The notes: generated by a model from the sequence alone, not told the origin. A DNA stretch of 41,331 nt from a virus (IMGVR_UViG_3300042210_000071:1-41331), one strand, 5' to 3'. Counted from the stretch's first letter, positions 7,774 to 17,540 are shown. Translations and numbers: made by a program.

Positions 7774-9364
7774 GAAACCAGTAAACCAATTGAAACAAGT
7801 TTCGCTTGTGGATATCTCCATAGGCGAAACAAACCCAAGGAAGCACATCGATGAGGATTCATTGAATGAGCTTGCAGAAAGCATTAAACAAAAGGGAGTG
7901 CTTCAGCCGGTACTTATCAGGCCGCTTGAGCAAGGATACGAACTTGTCTGCGGAGAACGCCGTTATCGTGCGGCCTTAATTGCTGGGTTGAAAGAAATAC
8001 CTGCCAACATTAGATCGATGAATGATGACGAGGCTTTAGAGTGTCAGATCGTCGAGAACCTTGAAAGAAAAGATGTACATCCGCTTGAAGAGGCTGAGGC
8101 ATTTAAACGAATGATCGATTCCGGAAAGTACACTTTGGCCGACATAGCGGCTAAATTAGCGAAGACAGAAACCTTTGTCTTGCAAAGATTAAAACTCAAC
8201 GAACTAATCGATGAGGTGAAAAAAGATTTTTATGACGGCCATCTCGGCGTAGGGCATGCCACGCTATTGGCGCGGTTATCTGCTTCCGGCCAAAAGGAGA
8301 TATATGAAGACGCGCACGATCATTATAGTGAAGATGTGCGCTATGGTACAATAAAAGAAATCAAAAACGACATTCAAGGCTATACCTATGACCTCACCAA
8401 AGCTATTTTCGACCTTAATAATGAAACGTTGAATCCTGTTTCCGGGCCTTGTACAAGGTGCCTAAAATGTTCGGCGTCCAACCTCACTTTATTTCCTGAT
8501 ATGGCCGATGAAAATATTTGTTTTGACACCGCTTGTTTCGACCTCAAGGCTGTAAATCACACGATTTCTTTGATTAAGAATTTACAAGAATCAGGTGAAA
8601 AGTTCATAGTCGGGAAGAATAGATGGGGTTCTGATCCGGACGAACGGATTCTTAATTTCACGGGTGAGAATGGAATAAAGGTACTCACGATGTATGACGA
8701 CTTCAATATTTCAGAAGATACAAAATCTATCAAAGGACACGTGAAATGCGTCATGGCTTCGGGCCTCTATCAAGGTACTGTTAAATTAGCAAAGCTTATC
8801 AAAAAATCGGAATCCGGCGAAGATGAAGATTCACAAGACGGCATCAGCGAATCGGAAAAACAAATAGTAAACATCAAGTTAAGAGCTGCAAGACAACTTG
8901 AGCTTGACAACGAAAAGGTAGAAGCTGCCTTGAGAGAATTACTGAAAGATGAAAGCGTGCAAACTGACATATCTTCAATGGACTATCTTGAACAGAAGAC
9001 CGAGCTTCAGATTGCTTGCTTCTGCCTTTATAAGTTAATCGACTACTATCGCCGTGACGAAATCAGAGATTTTATAGGAATAGAGAGAGGTAATGATGAT
9101 TATGACGGGATGCTAATTTATGAGAAGATTAAGAGCTGTGAAAGCAACTTACTGCTTCACAAAATCATTCGTCAGCTGTCTATTCAGCAATTGACAGATC
9201 GAGTAGTCTCTGACAGGAGAAAGAATGCTTATTCCGCTGCTTTTTATGATCTGATGGAACTCTACGCAAGAGGTCGTGTGATTGAGGTTCAATCTAATCA
9301 GGATGAAATAGCGCGTGCGAGGTCTGAGCGTGTACAAAATAGAATTGAAAAACTTCAGGAATGA
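7769..9364 (+). CDS. ParB/RepB/Spo0J-family protein with long C-terminal extension
   Basis: NPRK, LAESIKQKGVLQP, GERRYRA, ENLERKD and HTH; internal CxxC...C...C cluster. Confidence 0.85.
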   Translation: MKKPVNQLKQVSLVDISIGETNPRKHIDEDSLNELAESIKQKGVLQPVLIRPLEQGYELVCGERRYRAALIAGLKEIPANIRSMNDDEALECQIVENLERKDVHPLEEAEAFKRMIDSGKYTLADIAAKLAKTETFVLQRLKLNELIDEVKKDFYDGHLGVGHATLLARLSASGQKEIYEDAHDHYSEDVRYGTIKEIKNDIQGYTYDLTKAIFDLNNETLNPVSGPCTRCLKCSASNLTLFPDMADENICFDTACFDLKAVNHTISLIKNLQESGEKFIVGKNRWGSDPDERILNFTGENGIKVLTMYDDFNISEDTKSIKGHVKCVMASGLYQGTVKLAKLIKKSESGEDEDSQDGISESEKQIVNIKLRAARQLELDNEKVEAALRELLKDESVQTDISSMDYLEQKTELQIACFCLYKLIDYYRRDEIRDFIGIERGNDDYDGMLIYEKIKSCESNLLLHKIIRQLSIQQLTDRVVSDRRKNAYSAAFYDLMELYARGRVIEVQSNQDEIARARSERVQNRIEKLQE

Positions 9365-10125
9365 AAAAGCCCCTCACGTTCTATCAGGAGTCTTTTATCC
9401 GGGATAACTACCTTAAGCTGTCTAGCAGGTTATTATCCGAGAGGTTATGCATGTCTAACACAAGAGTGCTTAATTTTCTGAAAAGAAACGGACTGAAGGT
9501 TTCTAAAGAAATTTTTATAAAATGGAGAACTGATGCTTTGAGAAAACCTCTAACTGATGCCGAGATCGAATTCATCCACAGCAACATTGAAAAAATGAGC
9601 ATCAAACAAATGTCTAAGGAAATGCGGCGCACAAGCAGACTAATTAGTGACGCGGCGCACTCGCTCGGGTATTCCGAATTAATTCTAAAGAGGCATTTGA
9701 ATTCAACTTTTCAAAAAGGAATCGTGCCAGCCAACAAAGGAAAAAAGCTCGAGGAATTTATGTCGCCGGAAACGATTGAAAAATTTAAACGTAATCAATT
9801 CAAAAAGGGTCAAGTCCCACACAATGAAAAGTTTGACGGACACGAGAGGATAGACAATGGTGGTTATGTGTGGATGAGAATTAGTAGGGGAAAATACGTA
9901 CTGAAGCATAGGCACGTTTGGGAATCAGTTCATGGAAAGATTCCGGAAGGATACGTCATCAGTTTTATAGATGAAAACAAAACCAATTGTGCCATTGAAA
10001 ATTTAGAAATGATTTCAATGGCCGACAACCTCCGGAGGAATTACCATCAGTTTCCTCCGGAAATTAAAAAAGCAATGGCCTTAAACAATAAAATTTTAAA
10101 ACACCTAAACCATGGAAAACAATAA
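9361..10125 (+). CDS. HNH-family endonuclease-like protein
   Basis: Repeated F.KG.VP.N motifs, HRHVWE, DENKTN..IENL. Confidence 0.75.
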   Translation: MKKPLTFYQESFIRDNYLKLSSRLLSERLCMSNTRVLNFLKRNGLKVSKEIFIKWRTDALRKPLTDAEIEFIHSNIEKMSIKQMSKEMRRTSRLISDAAHSLGYSELILKRHLNSTFQKGIVPANKGKKLEEFMSPETIEKFKRNQFKKGQVPHNEKFDGHERIDNGGYVWMRISRGKYVLKHRHVWESVHGKIPEGYVISFIDENKTNCAIENLEMISMADNLRRNYHQFPPEIKKAMALNNKILKHLNHGKQ

Positions 10126-10465
10126 TTTAACAGAGCTCAACAATGTTTTGTTTGAAACGCTCAGAGGAGTTCAATCAGGAGATGTTGACAGTAAGCAAGC
10201 GCAGACAGTCACTAATATTTCCAATTCAATTATTAACAATGTAAAAACACAATTGTTGGCATTTAAAGCCACACAAGGAAAAGCCTATAGGGGCGCCTTT
10301 GGACTTCAGGAGACCAACGGGTTAGTTCCGGCTCTAGGTCAGGGTAAATATGAGCTGATGAGCGAATACGCTTTATCCAAAGGATATAAGAGCGTCACGG
10401 ATGCCATGGAAAAAATAGGTAAATCGGAATTCGTAAGCCAGTTTAATAATTGGGCAAAACAATAA
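10112..10465 (+). CDS. Hypothetical phage protein
   Basis: Overlaps the HNH gene end; LTELNNVLFETL N-terminus. Confidence 0.65.
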   Translation: MENNNLTELNNVLFETLRGVQSGDVDSKQAQTVTNISNSIINNVKTQLLAFKATQGKAYRGAFGLQETNGLVPALGQGKYELMSEYALSKGYKSVTDAMEKIGKSEFVSQFNNWAKQ

Positions 10466-10469
10466 CGTT

Positions 10470-12143
10470 ATGCAAATAGTTGAATACGCATCAGAGTTCC
10501 GCATTAGAATCGACTTCAATGGCTTTCGTAAAAGAAACGAGGCGGCTGTTAAAAGGATTCCCGGCGTGAGATATGATTGGAAAGAACGTGTTTGGCGCGC
10601 GCCGCTATCTCAACGGCAAAACCTAGTTGAGCTTCAAAGATACGCCAGGGCTAAATACTTTAAGATAGATCATGTTGAGCCTGAAAAATTTGAGGCAATC
10701 CCTGAGCTGCCTGACTTAGATATTAACATCCCGCTTTATCATCCTCAAGGTTTTGGCCTTAGGCCGTACCAAGCTAAAGGTGTTGCGCGCGGATTACAGT
10801 TGAAGAGGTTCATTAACGGAGACGAGCCCGGCCTTGGTAAGACATTACAGAGCATCGCCACATTACACGCGGCCTCTTTAAATGGAGAGCATGTTTACCC
10901 TTGCTTAGTGATTTGCCCGGCATCTATCAAAATCAATTGGGAGCGTGAGTGGAAGATGTGGGCCGGGAAAAGCGCGATGATTTTAGACGCAAAAAACAAA
11001 GATTCTTGGCATCGTTTTTACCAACTTGGAATGGCTGATGTGTTCATTACTAATTATGAGAGCCTGAAATCTTTCTTTGTAACCTACATGCCTCCCAAAA
11101 AGAGCCTTAAAACATCCAAAGATATCATCATGGATGACCGGATCAACATCTTTAAATCGGTCATAGTCGATGAAAGCCACAGGTGTAAGAACCCGCAGAC
11201 ACAACAAGCTAAATTAGCTTTGAAAATATGCAACGGAAAAGAAAGAGTTATATTACTCACAGGAACACCTGTAATTAATAGGCCGTATGATTTATTTGCT
11301 CAGCTGGCAATTATGAACAGGCTGAGCCATTTTGGGGGTAAAAATGGCTTTAACCTACGATATTGCGAGGGTGGGAAAGGATCCGCTAACCTGAAAGAAT
11401 TGAACTACCTCCTCAACACTTATTGCTTCTTCAGGAGAGAGAAAAAGGATGTCGCAAAAGATTTGCCTGAGAAGCAAAGACAGGCTTTCCTTTGCGATAT
11501 CACCACCCGGAGTGAGTACAACAAGGCTAGAGATCAATTCGTGTCATGGCTCAAAGAAAACGGATGTGACGACAAAGAAGTGGCTAAGAAATTACGAGGC
11601 GAGATAATGGTAAAACACGGAGAGCTTCGCCGTATATCTGCTTTGGGTAAGATCAATGAAATCAAAGAATTTATTGAGGAGGTAACCGGTTCCGGGGAGA
11701 AATTAATCGTTTTCTGTAACCTCCACGCCATCGTGGATAAGATTGTTGAGGAATTTCCTGATGCTGTTACGGTCACTGGCTTACAAAGCTCAGATCAAAA
11801 ACAAAGAGCCATCGACAGCTTTCAGAATAATCCAAAAACAACTTTAATTGTGTGTAACATCAAAGCTGCCGGTGTCGGAATAACGTTGACTGCTTCATCT
11901 CGTGTCGCTTTTATAGAGTTCCCATGGACTTACGCCGATTGTGTGCAATGCGAGGACAGAGCGCATCGAATTGGCCAGACCAATAATGTCATGTGTACTT
12001 ACTTTTTGGGAGTTAATACTGTGGATGAGGAGATGTTAGACCTGATCCAAAACAAACGGGAGATTGGCAACACCATTACAGGTGGCACAGACGAGATGGC
12101 CATCGATAAAATAGATAAATTAATGAATCTTTTAAAAAAATAA
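10470..12143 (+). CDS. SNF2-family helicase/translocase with HARP-like N-terminus
   Basis: DEPGLGKT, DESH, LTGTP, GVGITLT, QCEDRAHRIGQ. Confidence 0.9.
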   Translation: MQIVEYASEFRIRIDFNGFRKRNEAAVKRIPGVRYDWKERVWRAPLSQRQNLVELQRYARAKYFKIDHVEPEKFEAIPELPDLDINIPLYHPQGFGLRPYQAKGVARGLQLKRFINGDEPGLGKTLQSIATLHAASLNGEHVYPCLVICPASIKINWEREWKMWAGKSAMILDAKNKDSWHRFYQLGMADVFITNYESLKSFFVTYMPPKKSLKTSKDIIMDDRINIFKSVIVDESHRCKNPQTQQAKLALKICNGKERVILLTGTPVINRPYDLFAQLAIMNRLSHFGGKNGFNLRYCEGGKGSANLKELNYLLNTYCFFRREKKDVAKDLPEKQRQAFLCDITTRSEYNKARDQFVSWLKENGCDDKEVAKKLRGEIMVKHGELRRISALGKINEIKEFIEEVTGSGEKLIVFCNLHAIVDKIVEEFPDAVTVTGLQSSDQKQRAIDSFQNNPKTTLIVCNIKAAGVGITLTASSRVAFIEFPWTYADCVQCEDRAHRIGQTNNVMCTYFLGVNTVDEEMLDLIQNKREIGNTITGGTDEMAIDKIDKLMNLLKK

Positions 12144-12147
12144 TTAT

Positions 12148-13044
12148 ATGTCACAGCTCGGATATACATGGTACCCACAAGATTGGTGGACCAGCGAAAC
12201 TTTCAAAAGATTAAAAAGATACCCGATGGTACGCTATGCCATAAGGGAATTGTTTGACCTTATGTACAAGGAGGGACAGCCTATATTAATGAATCGAGAT
12301 TACTTATTTGATGATTTCAACATCGTTTTGTCGGATGATGAATATAAAAAACTGATGGATTTTATAGTCGTAACAGAAGACGGAAAGTGGTGGATAGAGA
12401 GCATCAGAAAAAGGATTGATAAAGCAGAATCGGCTCGTAAAAATGGTAAAAAAGGAGGCGCACCAAAGGGTAATAATAACGCTAAAAAAACAACCCAACA
12501 ACCCAACGAAACAACCCAAGAAAACAACCCAGAAAAACAACTAAAAAAACAACCTAAAAACAACCAAAACAACCTAAATAACAACCCAAACAACCCAAGT
12601 AAAACAACCGAAGAAATAAATTATAAAAATATAAAAACTCTTGAATCTATTGAAAACATTGAAGAAATTAATAAAAAAGACGTTAAAAAAACAACCCAAA
12701 CAACCCAAAAAACAACCGAAGAAAACAACCCAAACAACCCACCTTATAAAGAGAAAGAGAAATATAAAGAAAAAGAGGGAGAAACGCGCGCGATGTTGTT
12801 TCTAAAAAATAATTTTCCAATTCGGTATGAAACTGATTTTTTAATGAAGTATAAATCGAGGATAAATAACCTCGAAAAGTTCACTGAAGATTTCGATGAT
12901 AAGTGTGATATTGAAGGGTTGGAATTTACCCAAAAAATTCTGTTTGCCAGGCTCGGTCAATTTGCGCGGAATTGGATCGAATTTCAAAATAAAAATAAAC
13001 CTATCGAAAATCAAAATGAAACTTGTGGAATTCCAATAATCTAA
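12148..13044 (+). CDS. Putative replication initiator
   Basis: YPQDWW N-terminus, NGKKGGAPKGN motif, low-complexity iteron-coded middle, directly upstream of DnaB. Confidence 0.7.
   Translation: MSQLGYTWYPQDWWTSETFKRLKRYPMVRYAIRELFDLMYKEGQPILMNRDYLFDDFNIVLSDDEYKKLMDFIVVTEDGKWWIESIRKRIDKAESARKNGKKGGAPKGNNNAKKTTQQPNETTQENNPEKQLKKQPKNNQNNLNNNPNNPSKTTEEINYKNIKTLESIENIEEINKKDVKKTTQTTQKTTEENNPNNPPYKEKEKYKEKEGETRAMLFLKNNFPIRYETDFLMKYKSRINNLEKFTEDFDDKCDIEGLEFTQKILFARLGQFARNWIEFQNKNKPIENQNETCGIPII
12484..12740 (+). repeat. Iteron-like AACAAC(C) repeats, putative replication origin
   Basis: About 16 copies in two clusters (~12484-12610, ~12685-12740) around an AT-rich spacer. Confidence 0.65.
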
Positions 13045-13047
13045 AAA

Positions 13048-14451
13048 ATGGCAAACGAAACAAAATTACCTCCGCAGGCTATCGATTTGGAAAAAGCAGT
13101 TTTAGGCGCAATGCTTATTGACGGTAGGTGTATAGACGAAATATTAGATTTTTTGAGACCCGAAGCTTTCTACAAAGACGAGCATCGGTATATTTTTGAA
13201 GCTATTTTAACTTTGTTTCACGAAAATAAACCCATCGATTTACTCACGGTATCCAATCAACTCAAAAAAAATCAAAAGCTTGACCTAACAGGGGGCGATT
13301 ATTATCTGATTCAACTCACCCAAAAGGTTGCTTCCTCGGCGCATATCGAGTTTCATGCGCGCATCGTTACGCAATGTTTCATCAAGCGGGAGATCATCAA
13401 AAATTCATCTAACCTGATTGAAAAAAGTTACAACGAAGACACCGATGTGTTTGATTTACTTGACGAATCATTTTCACACCTCAACGACGTGAGCGAAACG
13501 ATTGTTTCGAACAAAGATTTCTCTATGTACGAGAGCATCAAAGCAGTAACTGAAAGAGCGGCTAAAATTTATTCCGGAGAAATAAAACCAGGTGTTGAAA
13601 CACCAATAGTCCGGCTAACGAAAACAATGGGTGGATGGAGAAATGGAGAATTGATAATCATCGCGGCACGTCCCGGAATGGGTAAGACTTCATTCGCTTT
13701 GAGGTCAGCGTGGTTGGCTTCTAAATCAGGAATTCCGACAGCGTTCTTCACACTCGAAATGACAACCACAGGAGTTGTTGCTAGGTGTTTGTCGATGGAA
13801 ACAAAAATACCTGCCGAAAAATTTATAAAATCAGGGGTCAACCAACACGATCAAAAATTGATTTATGACAACATCGCGCAGCTTTCAAACACGGAGTTGT
13901 ACATCTACGATGATTCGGTATTGAACATAAACTCGCTACGGATCAAAACAAAAAAATTAGTCAAAGAGAAGGGTCTAAAGATGATTGTTTTAGATTACCT
14001 ACAACTCATGGTCCCGGTCAAAAAAGGAAAGGGAAATCGCGAACAAGACGTTTCTGAAATAAGTCGTGGATTAAAATCTCTCGCCATAGAGCTTGACATA
14101 CCGATTATCGCGCTTTCACAATTATCGAGAGATGTTGAGAAACGTGGAGGAATAAAGCGGCCAATGCTGTCAGATTTGAGAGAATCCGGTGCCATCGAGC
14201 AAGACGCTGATGTCGTGATGTTTCTTTACCGCCCTGCTTATTACAACATCAGGAATTGGGACGACTACGGCCAAGTGTCCACGCACAATGAAGCCGAATA
14301 CATCGTTTCAAAAAACAGAAACGGCGGTTTACTGAGGAACCGAATGAGGTTTGAGCCCGAATATACATTGTTTTCGGATTTAGACTATGACATGCCGGCC
14401 GCGATTCAGTGGCAGAACCAAGAAATTGACAACGAAGATATCCCTTACTGA
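13048..14451 (+). CDS. dnaB: Replicative DNA helicase DnaB (phage copy)
   Basis: PPQAIDLEKAVLG, AARPGMGKT, DYLQLM, LSQLSR, SDLRESGAIEQDAD, KNRNG. Confidence 0.95.
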   Translation: MANETKLPPQAIDLEKAVLGAMLIDGRCIDEILDFLRPEAFYKDEHRYIFEAILTLFHENKPIDLLTVSNQLKKNQKLDLTGGDYYLIQLTQKVASSAHIEFHARIVTQCFIKREIIKNSSNLIEKSYNEDTDVFDLLDESFSHLNDVSETIVSNKDFSMYESIKAVTERAAKIYSGEIKPGVETPIVRLTKTMGGWRNGELIIIAARPGMGKTSFALRSAWLASKSGIPTAFFTLEMTTTGVVARCLSMETKIPAEKFIKSGVNQHDQKLIYDNIAQLSNTELYIYDDSVLNINSLRIKTKKLVKEKGLKMIVLDYLQLMVPVKKGKGNREQDVSEISRGLKSLAIELDIPIIALSQLSRDVEKRGGIKRPMLSDLRESGAIEQDADVVMFLYRPAYYNIRNWDDYGQVSTHNEAEYIVSKNRNGGLLRNRMRFEPEYTLFSDLDYDMPAAIQWQNQEIDNEDIPY

Positions 14452-14452
14452 A

Positions 14453-14863
14453 ATGAAAAAATGGACTGAAAAAGACATCCGAAATTTGAAACTAAAAAAC
14501 AATCTCGAAGATGTCCCGGTTAAAAAATCAATCAAAGTCGAAAAAATTTCGATCGAAAAAAGAGCGATCGAGATGGTTTTATTCATGTTTGTGCACGAAA
14601 AAGCCATCGAATCATACGTTCGTGAACATAAATTTTTAGAAAATCGGAGATTTAAGTTCGATTGGGCGATTCCAAATCTCAAAATCGCAATCGAATACGA
14701 GGGTGTAATTTCCGATAAAAGCAGGCACACGACCATCAATGGTTATTCCGGAGACTGCGTAAAATATAACCTTGCGGCAACTCAAGGTTGGCGAGTATTG
14801 CGTTACACAGCCTTGAATTATCAAAATTTTGAAGATGATTTAAAAAAAATTCTTGAAAAATAA
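14453..14863 (+). CDS. Vsr/DUF559-like PD-(D/E)XK endonuclease (possible resolvase)
   Basis: EHKF...RRFKFDWA...IAIEYEG...GWRVLRYT; start moved to ATG 14453. Confidence 0.75.
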   Translation: MKKWTEKDIRNLKLKNNLEDVPVKKSIKVEKISIEKRAIEMVLFMFVHEKAIESYVREHKFLENRRFKFDWAIPNLKIAIEYEGVISDKSRHTTINGYSGDCVKYNLAATQGWRVLRYTALNYQNFEDDLKKILEK

Positions 14864-14885
14864 TTTTTTGCATTACTTTTTTGTA

Positions 14886-14893
14886 TAAGTTTG
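14886..14893 (+). promoter_or_regulatory. Promoter -7 element
   Basis: TAAGTTTG in the intergenic gap; -33 spacing not ideal. Confidence 0.5.
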
Positions 14894-14931
14894 TGTCTGT
14901 TAAAGTCATATAATCTAAAAACAAAAACATT

Positions 14932-15294
14932 ATGAAAAACTTTTTGAAATTATTCTGCATCTCAATTTTTTTGATTGCAATTTCTCCGAACTCAGCACTT
15001 GCTGAGAACCAAGACGAAGGTAATTTTGTCACAAAAATCGAAACTCAAAGTCAATTAGTTATTGATTTCGTTTCTGCAACAGATGAAATTTTCTTTGTGA
15101 GTAATGATTCTAAATCGAGCGGCACAACTGATGATTATCCGGCACAAAGTGAACGCTTTTCGATTAATAGTTTAGGCAAGGAATCTGATGTCTTAAAAGT
15201 TGATCCCCCGGTTTTTATATTTTCAAAGCCGGCTTTTAAGAACTTGCAGAACGCTAAAATCAATAGTCATCGAATACGTATTTTAAGTTGGTGA
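14932..15294 (+). CDS. Hypothetical secreted protein
   Basis: Sec signal peptide ending ALA-E. Confidence 0.65.
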   Translation: MKNFLKLFCISIFLIAISPNSALAENQDEGNFVTKIETQSQLVIDFVSATDEIFFVSNDSKSSGTTDDYPAQSERFSINSLGKESDVLKVDPPVFIFSKPAFKNLQNAKINSHRIRILSW

Positions 15295-15306
15295 ATGAAT
15301 AACAAT

Positions 15307-15380
15307 CGTGGGGTAGCTCAGTTGGTTAGAGTGCCTGATTCATACTCAGGTTGTCACAGGTTCGAGTCCTGTCCCCGCAA
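15307..15380 (+). tRNA. tRNA with CAT anticodon (Met-type, atypical)
   Basis: Full cloverleaf: CGTGGGG/CCCCGCA, D stem GCTC/GAGT, anticodon arm CCTGA-TTCATAC-TCAGG, T arm ACAGG-TTCGAGT-CCTGT; CCA not encoded. Confidence 0.9.
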
Positions 15381-15414
15381 CAAACTTTTATTTGGGTAAG
15401 TTGGTTTTTGGTTG

Positions 15415-15442
15415 GCCCGCTCTATACAAGGGCGGGTTTTTT
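15415..15442 (+). terminator. Intrinsic terminator
   Basis: GCCCGCTCT-ATACA-AGGGCGGGT followed by a T run. Confidence 0.75.
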
Positions 15443-15459
15443 GTTAACAAAACTAAAAG

Positions 15460-16917
15460 ATGAAAAAATTAATATCAAAAATTCTTAAAACAGAATCCAT
15501 AAAATGGAAACAGCTTGAGTTTATTCAAGATGAAAACTTTAAAGAATGGATAGATAAAAGCGATGAAAAACTTATTGAATCGCTTTTGAAATTTCAATTT
15601 GTAGATCCATTCAAAGTATGGCAAGACGGAGATAAAATCTACTGCCTCGATGGCAAACATCGGTATCTTGATTTGTTGAAAATTCAAGACATGGGAGTTG
15701 AGGTTCCTGAAGAGTTACCGGCTACTTTCATGCAGTGTGCTGACATTAAAGAAGCGGCTGAGCTCGTATTGGTTTATTCGTCTCAGTATGCGAAGATAAC
15801 CCAAAAGGGGATGTTTGATTTTGTATCAAAGTTTGACATTGATCTCCCCGGAATGTTTAAATCCATCAACTTACCAGACTTCTCCATGCAGCGTTATGAG
15901 CAACAATTTGATTTATATCAAACAGGCTTGTCTGAGGAACCAATACCGGAAATATCCGAAGAAAATATTATAGTGCAGTTTGGTGACTTGTTTGAAATAA
16001 ACGGGCACAGAATCGTATGCGAGTCTTTTGAAAACACGAAAGCCATAAACGTTATGATGGAAGGAAAAAAGGCCCGAATTGTAAACTGTGACCCACCGTA
16101 TAATCTACCTGCTGGGTTTTTCTTAAAAGACAATAAGAAGCACAATAACCATAAGGATTTTAGTATGGCATCAGGCGAAATGTCTGATGAAGAGTTCGTT
16201 ATTTTTCTTTCAAAAATAATGCAGGCATCTATTGAAAACACTGTTCCGGGATCTATTCATTACATCTTTATGGACTTTAGGCATTCATGGCACATGACAG
16301 AAGCCGCGAGGAGGATATACGGTAATCCGCAACCAAAACAAGTATGTGTCTGGAACAAAGACATGATGGCCAATGGTTCTTTTTACAGAGCACAGCACGA
16401 GCTTTGTTTTATTTTCTCAGATGAAAAATCAAAATCACTCTGGAATAAAGACTTGATAGACGAAGGTGGAGAGTTCTATAAATCCAACAATGAGTGGTGT
16501 TTCGTTTTTAAAAACGGAGATGCGGCCAAACACTTATCACATCTTGAACTCAAGAACAGGATCCGGTCTAACGTATGGAGATACCCGTCAGCCATGTCAA
16601 TGGCTAATCCCGACAGATTTGAGTTAAAAAACCATCCTACGCCTAAACCCGTTTCAATGATTGCTGATGCAATACTCGACACAACCAATCAAGGAGATAT
16701 CGTTATTGATTGGTTTCTTGGTTCTGGAACTTGCCTGATTGCTTCAGAAGTTACTAAAAGGAAAGGCAGGTTTACAGAAATAGATCCGGCTTATGTTCAG
16801 TGCTCAATTATTAGATACGTAAACTATTGTCGAAGGAACGGACTTAATGTTAACTTTAGGCACCTAAACGGGGGGTTAACATTAAATCATTTCACCAATG
16901 AAAACGGAAAATTATAA
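15460..16917 (+). CDS. DNA amino-methyltransferase (beta class) with ParB-like N-terminal domain
   Basis: CLDGKHR; DPPY precedes HPTPKP and FLGSGT. Confidence 0.9.
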   Translation: MKKLISKILKTESIKWKQLEFIQDENFKEWIDKSDEKLIESLLKFQFVDPFKVWQDGDKIYCLDGKHRYLDLLKIQDMGVEVPEELPATFMQCADIKEAAELVLVYSSQYAKITQKGMFDFVSKFDIDLPGMFKSINLPDFSMQRYEQQFDLYQTGLSEEPIPEISEENIIVQFGDLFEINGHRIVCESFENTKAINVMMEGKKARIVNCDPPYNLPAGFFLKDNKKHNNHKDFSMASGEMSDEEFVIFLSKIMQASIENTVPGSIHYIFMDFRHSWHMTEAARRIYGNPQPKQVCVWNKDMMANGSFYRAQHELCFIFSDEKSKSLWNKDLIDEGGEFYKSNNEWCFVFKNGDAAKHLSHLELKNRIRSNVWRYPSAMSMANPDRFELKNHPTPKPVSMIADAILDTTNQGDIVIDWFLGSGTCLIASEVTKRKGRFTEIDPAYVQCSIIRYVNYCRRNGLNVNFRHLNGGLTLNHFTNENGKL

Positions 16918-17134
16918 AGAGCTTATCGCAATGAGAGACACCATTTTAGAATACCTGAACGAGGAGAAAGGAATCAATGAATGTGCCTTGAAAGCCTATG
17001 AAGACAGCACAATAAATCCTGTCGACTCCGAGGTTAGAATTATGAGAGAGCGGGAAAGAATAAAGCTTTTAGATAGAATATTCGAACTTAAAAGACATAT
17101 TGAAGTAATCAAAAGAATGTATCCAAGCGAATGA
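16898..17134 (+). CDS. Hypothetical coiled-coil protein
   Basis: In-operon ORF. Confidence 0.6.
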   Translation: MKTENYKELIAMRDTILEYLNEEKGINECALKAYEDSTINPVDSEVRIMRERERIKLLDRIFELKRHIEVIKRMYPSE

Positions 17135-17135
17135 A

Positions 17136-17540
17136 ATGGCTAAAGAAAAAAGAGCAACCCGGCATGAAAAAGAAAAGAGAATACTTGCTGTGCAAGCATG
17201 GATTATAGACGGCGTTCAGGACGATTTCATGGTGAGGCAGATGGGTACACAGTGGGGGTTGTGTGTTAGGCAAGCCAAGAGGTACCTCGAAGAAGCTTAC
17301 AAAAGGTGGAGACACAACGAGAACGTAAGCATAGAAGATCGTAGAGCCGCCAAGATTGCAGATTTGAAGCAAGTGAGGAGGTCGTTGAAGCCGGAATTCG
17401 TTGGCACACCGCAAGGAATAAACGCGATTGTGAGGATTGAAAGATTGATGATGCGTCTTGAACCGATTGAGGTCCCAAGAAATATAAAGGTTGATATCGA
17501 TAACGGAGTAGAAATTAAAGGGATAACATTCAAAGACTGA
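17136..17540 (+). CDS. Putative terminase small subunit
   Basis: HTH-like basic protein whose stop overlaps the TerL start. Confidence 0.65.
   Translation: MAKEKRATRHEKEKRILAVQAWIIDGVQDDFMVRQMGTQWGLCVRQAKRYLEEAYKRWRHNENVSIEDRRAAKIADLKQVRRSLKPEFVGTPQGINAIVRIERLMMRLEPIEVPRNIKVDIDNGVEIKGITFKD

Noticed and set aside
15460-16917. Restriction-modification system
   Set aside because: No cognate restriction gene adjacent; fits an orphan phage methyltransferase next to terminase
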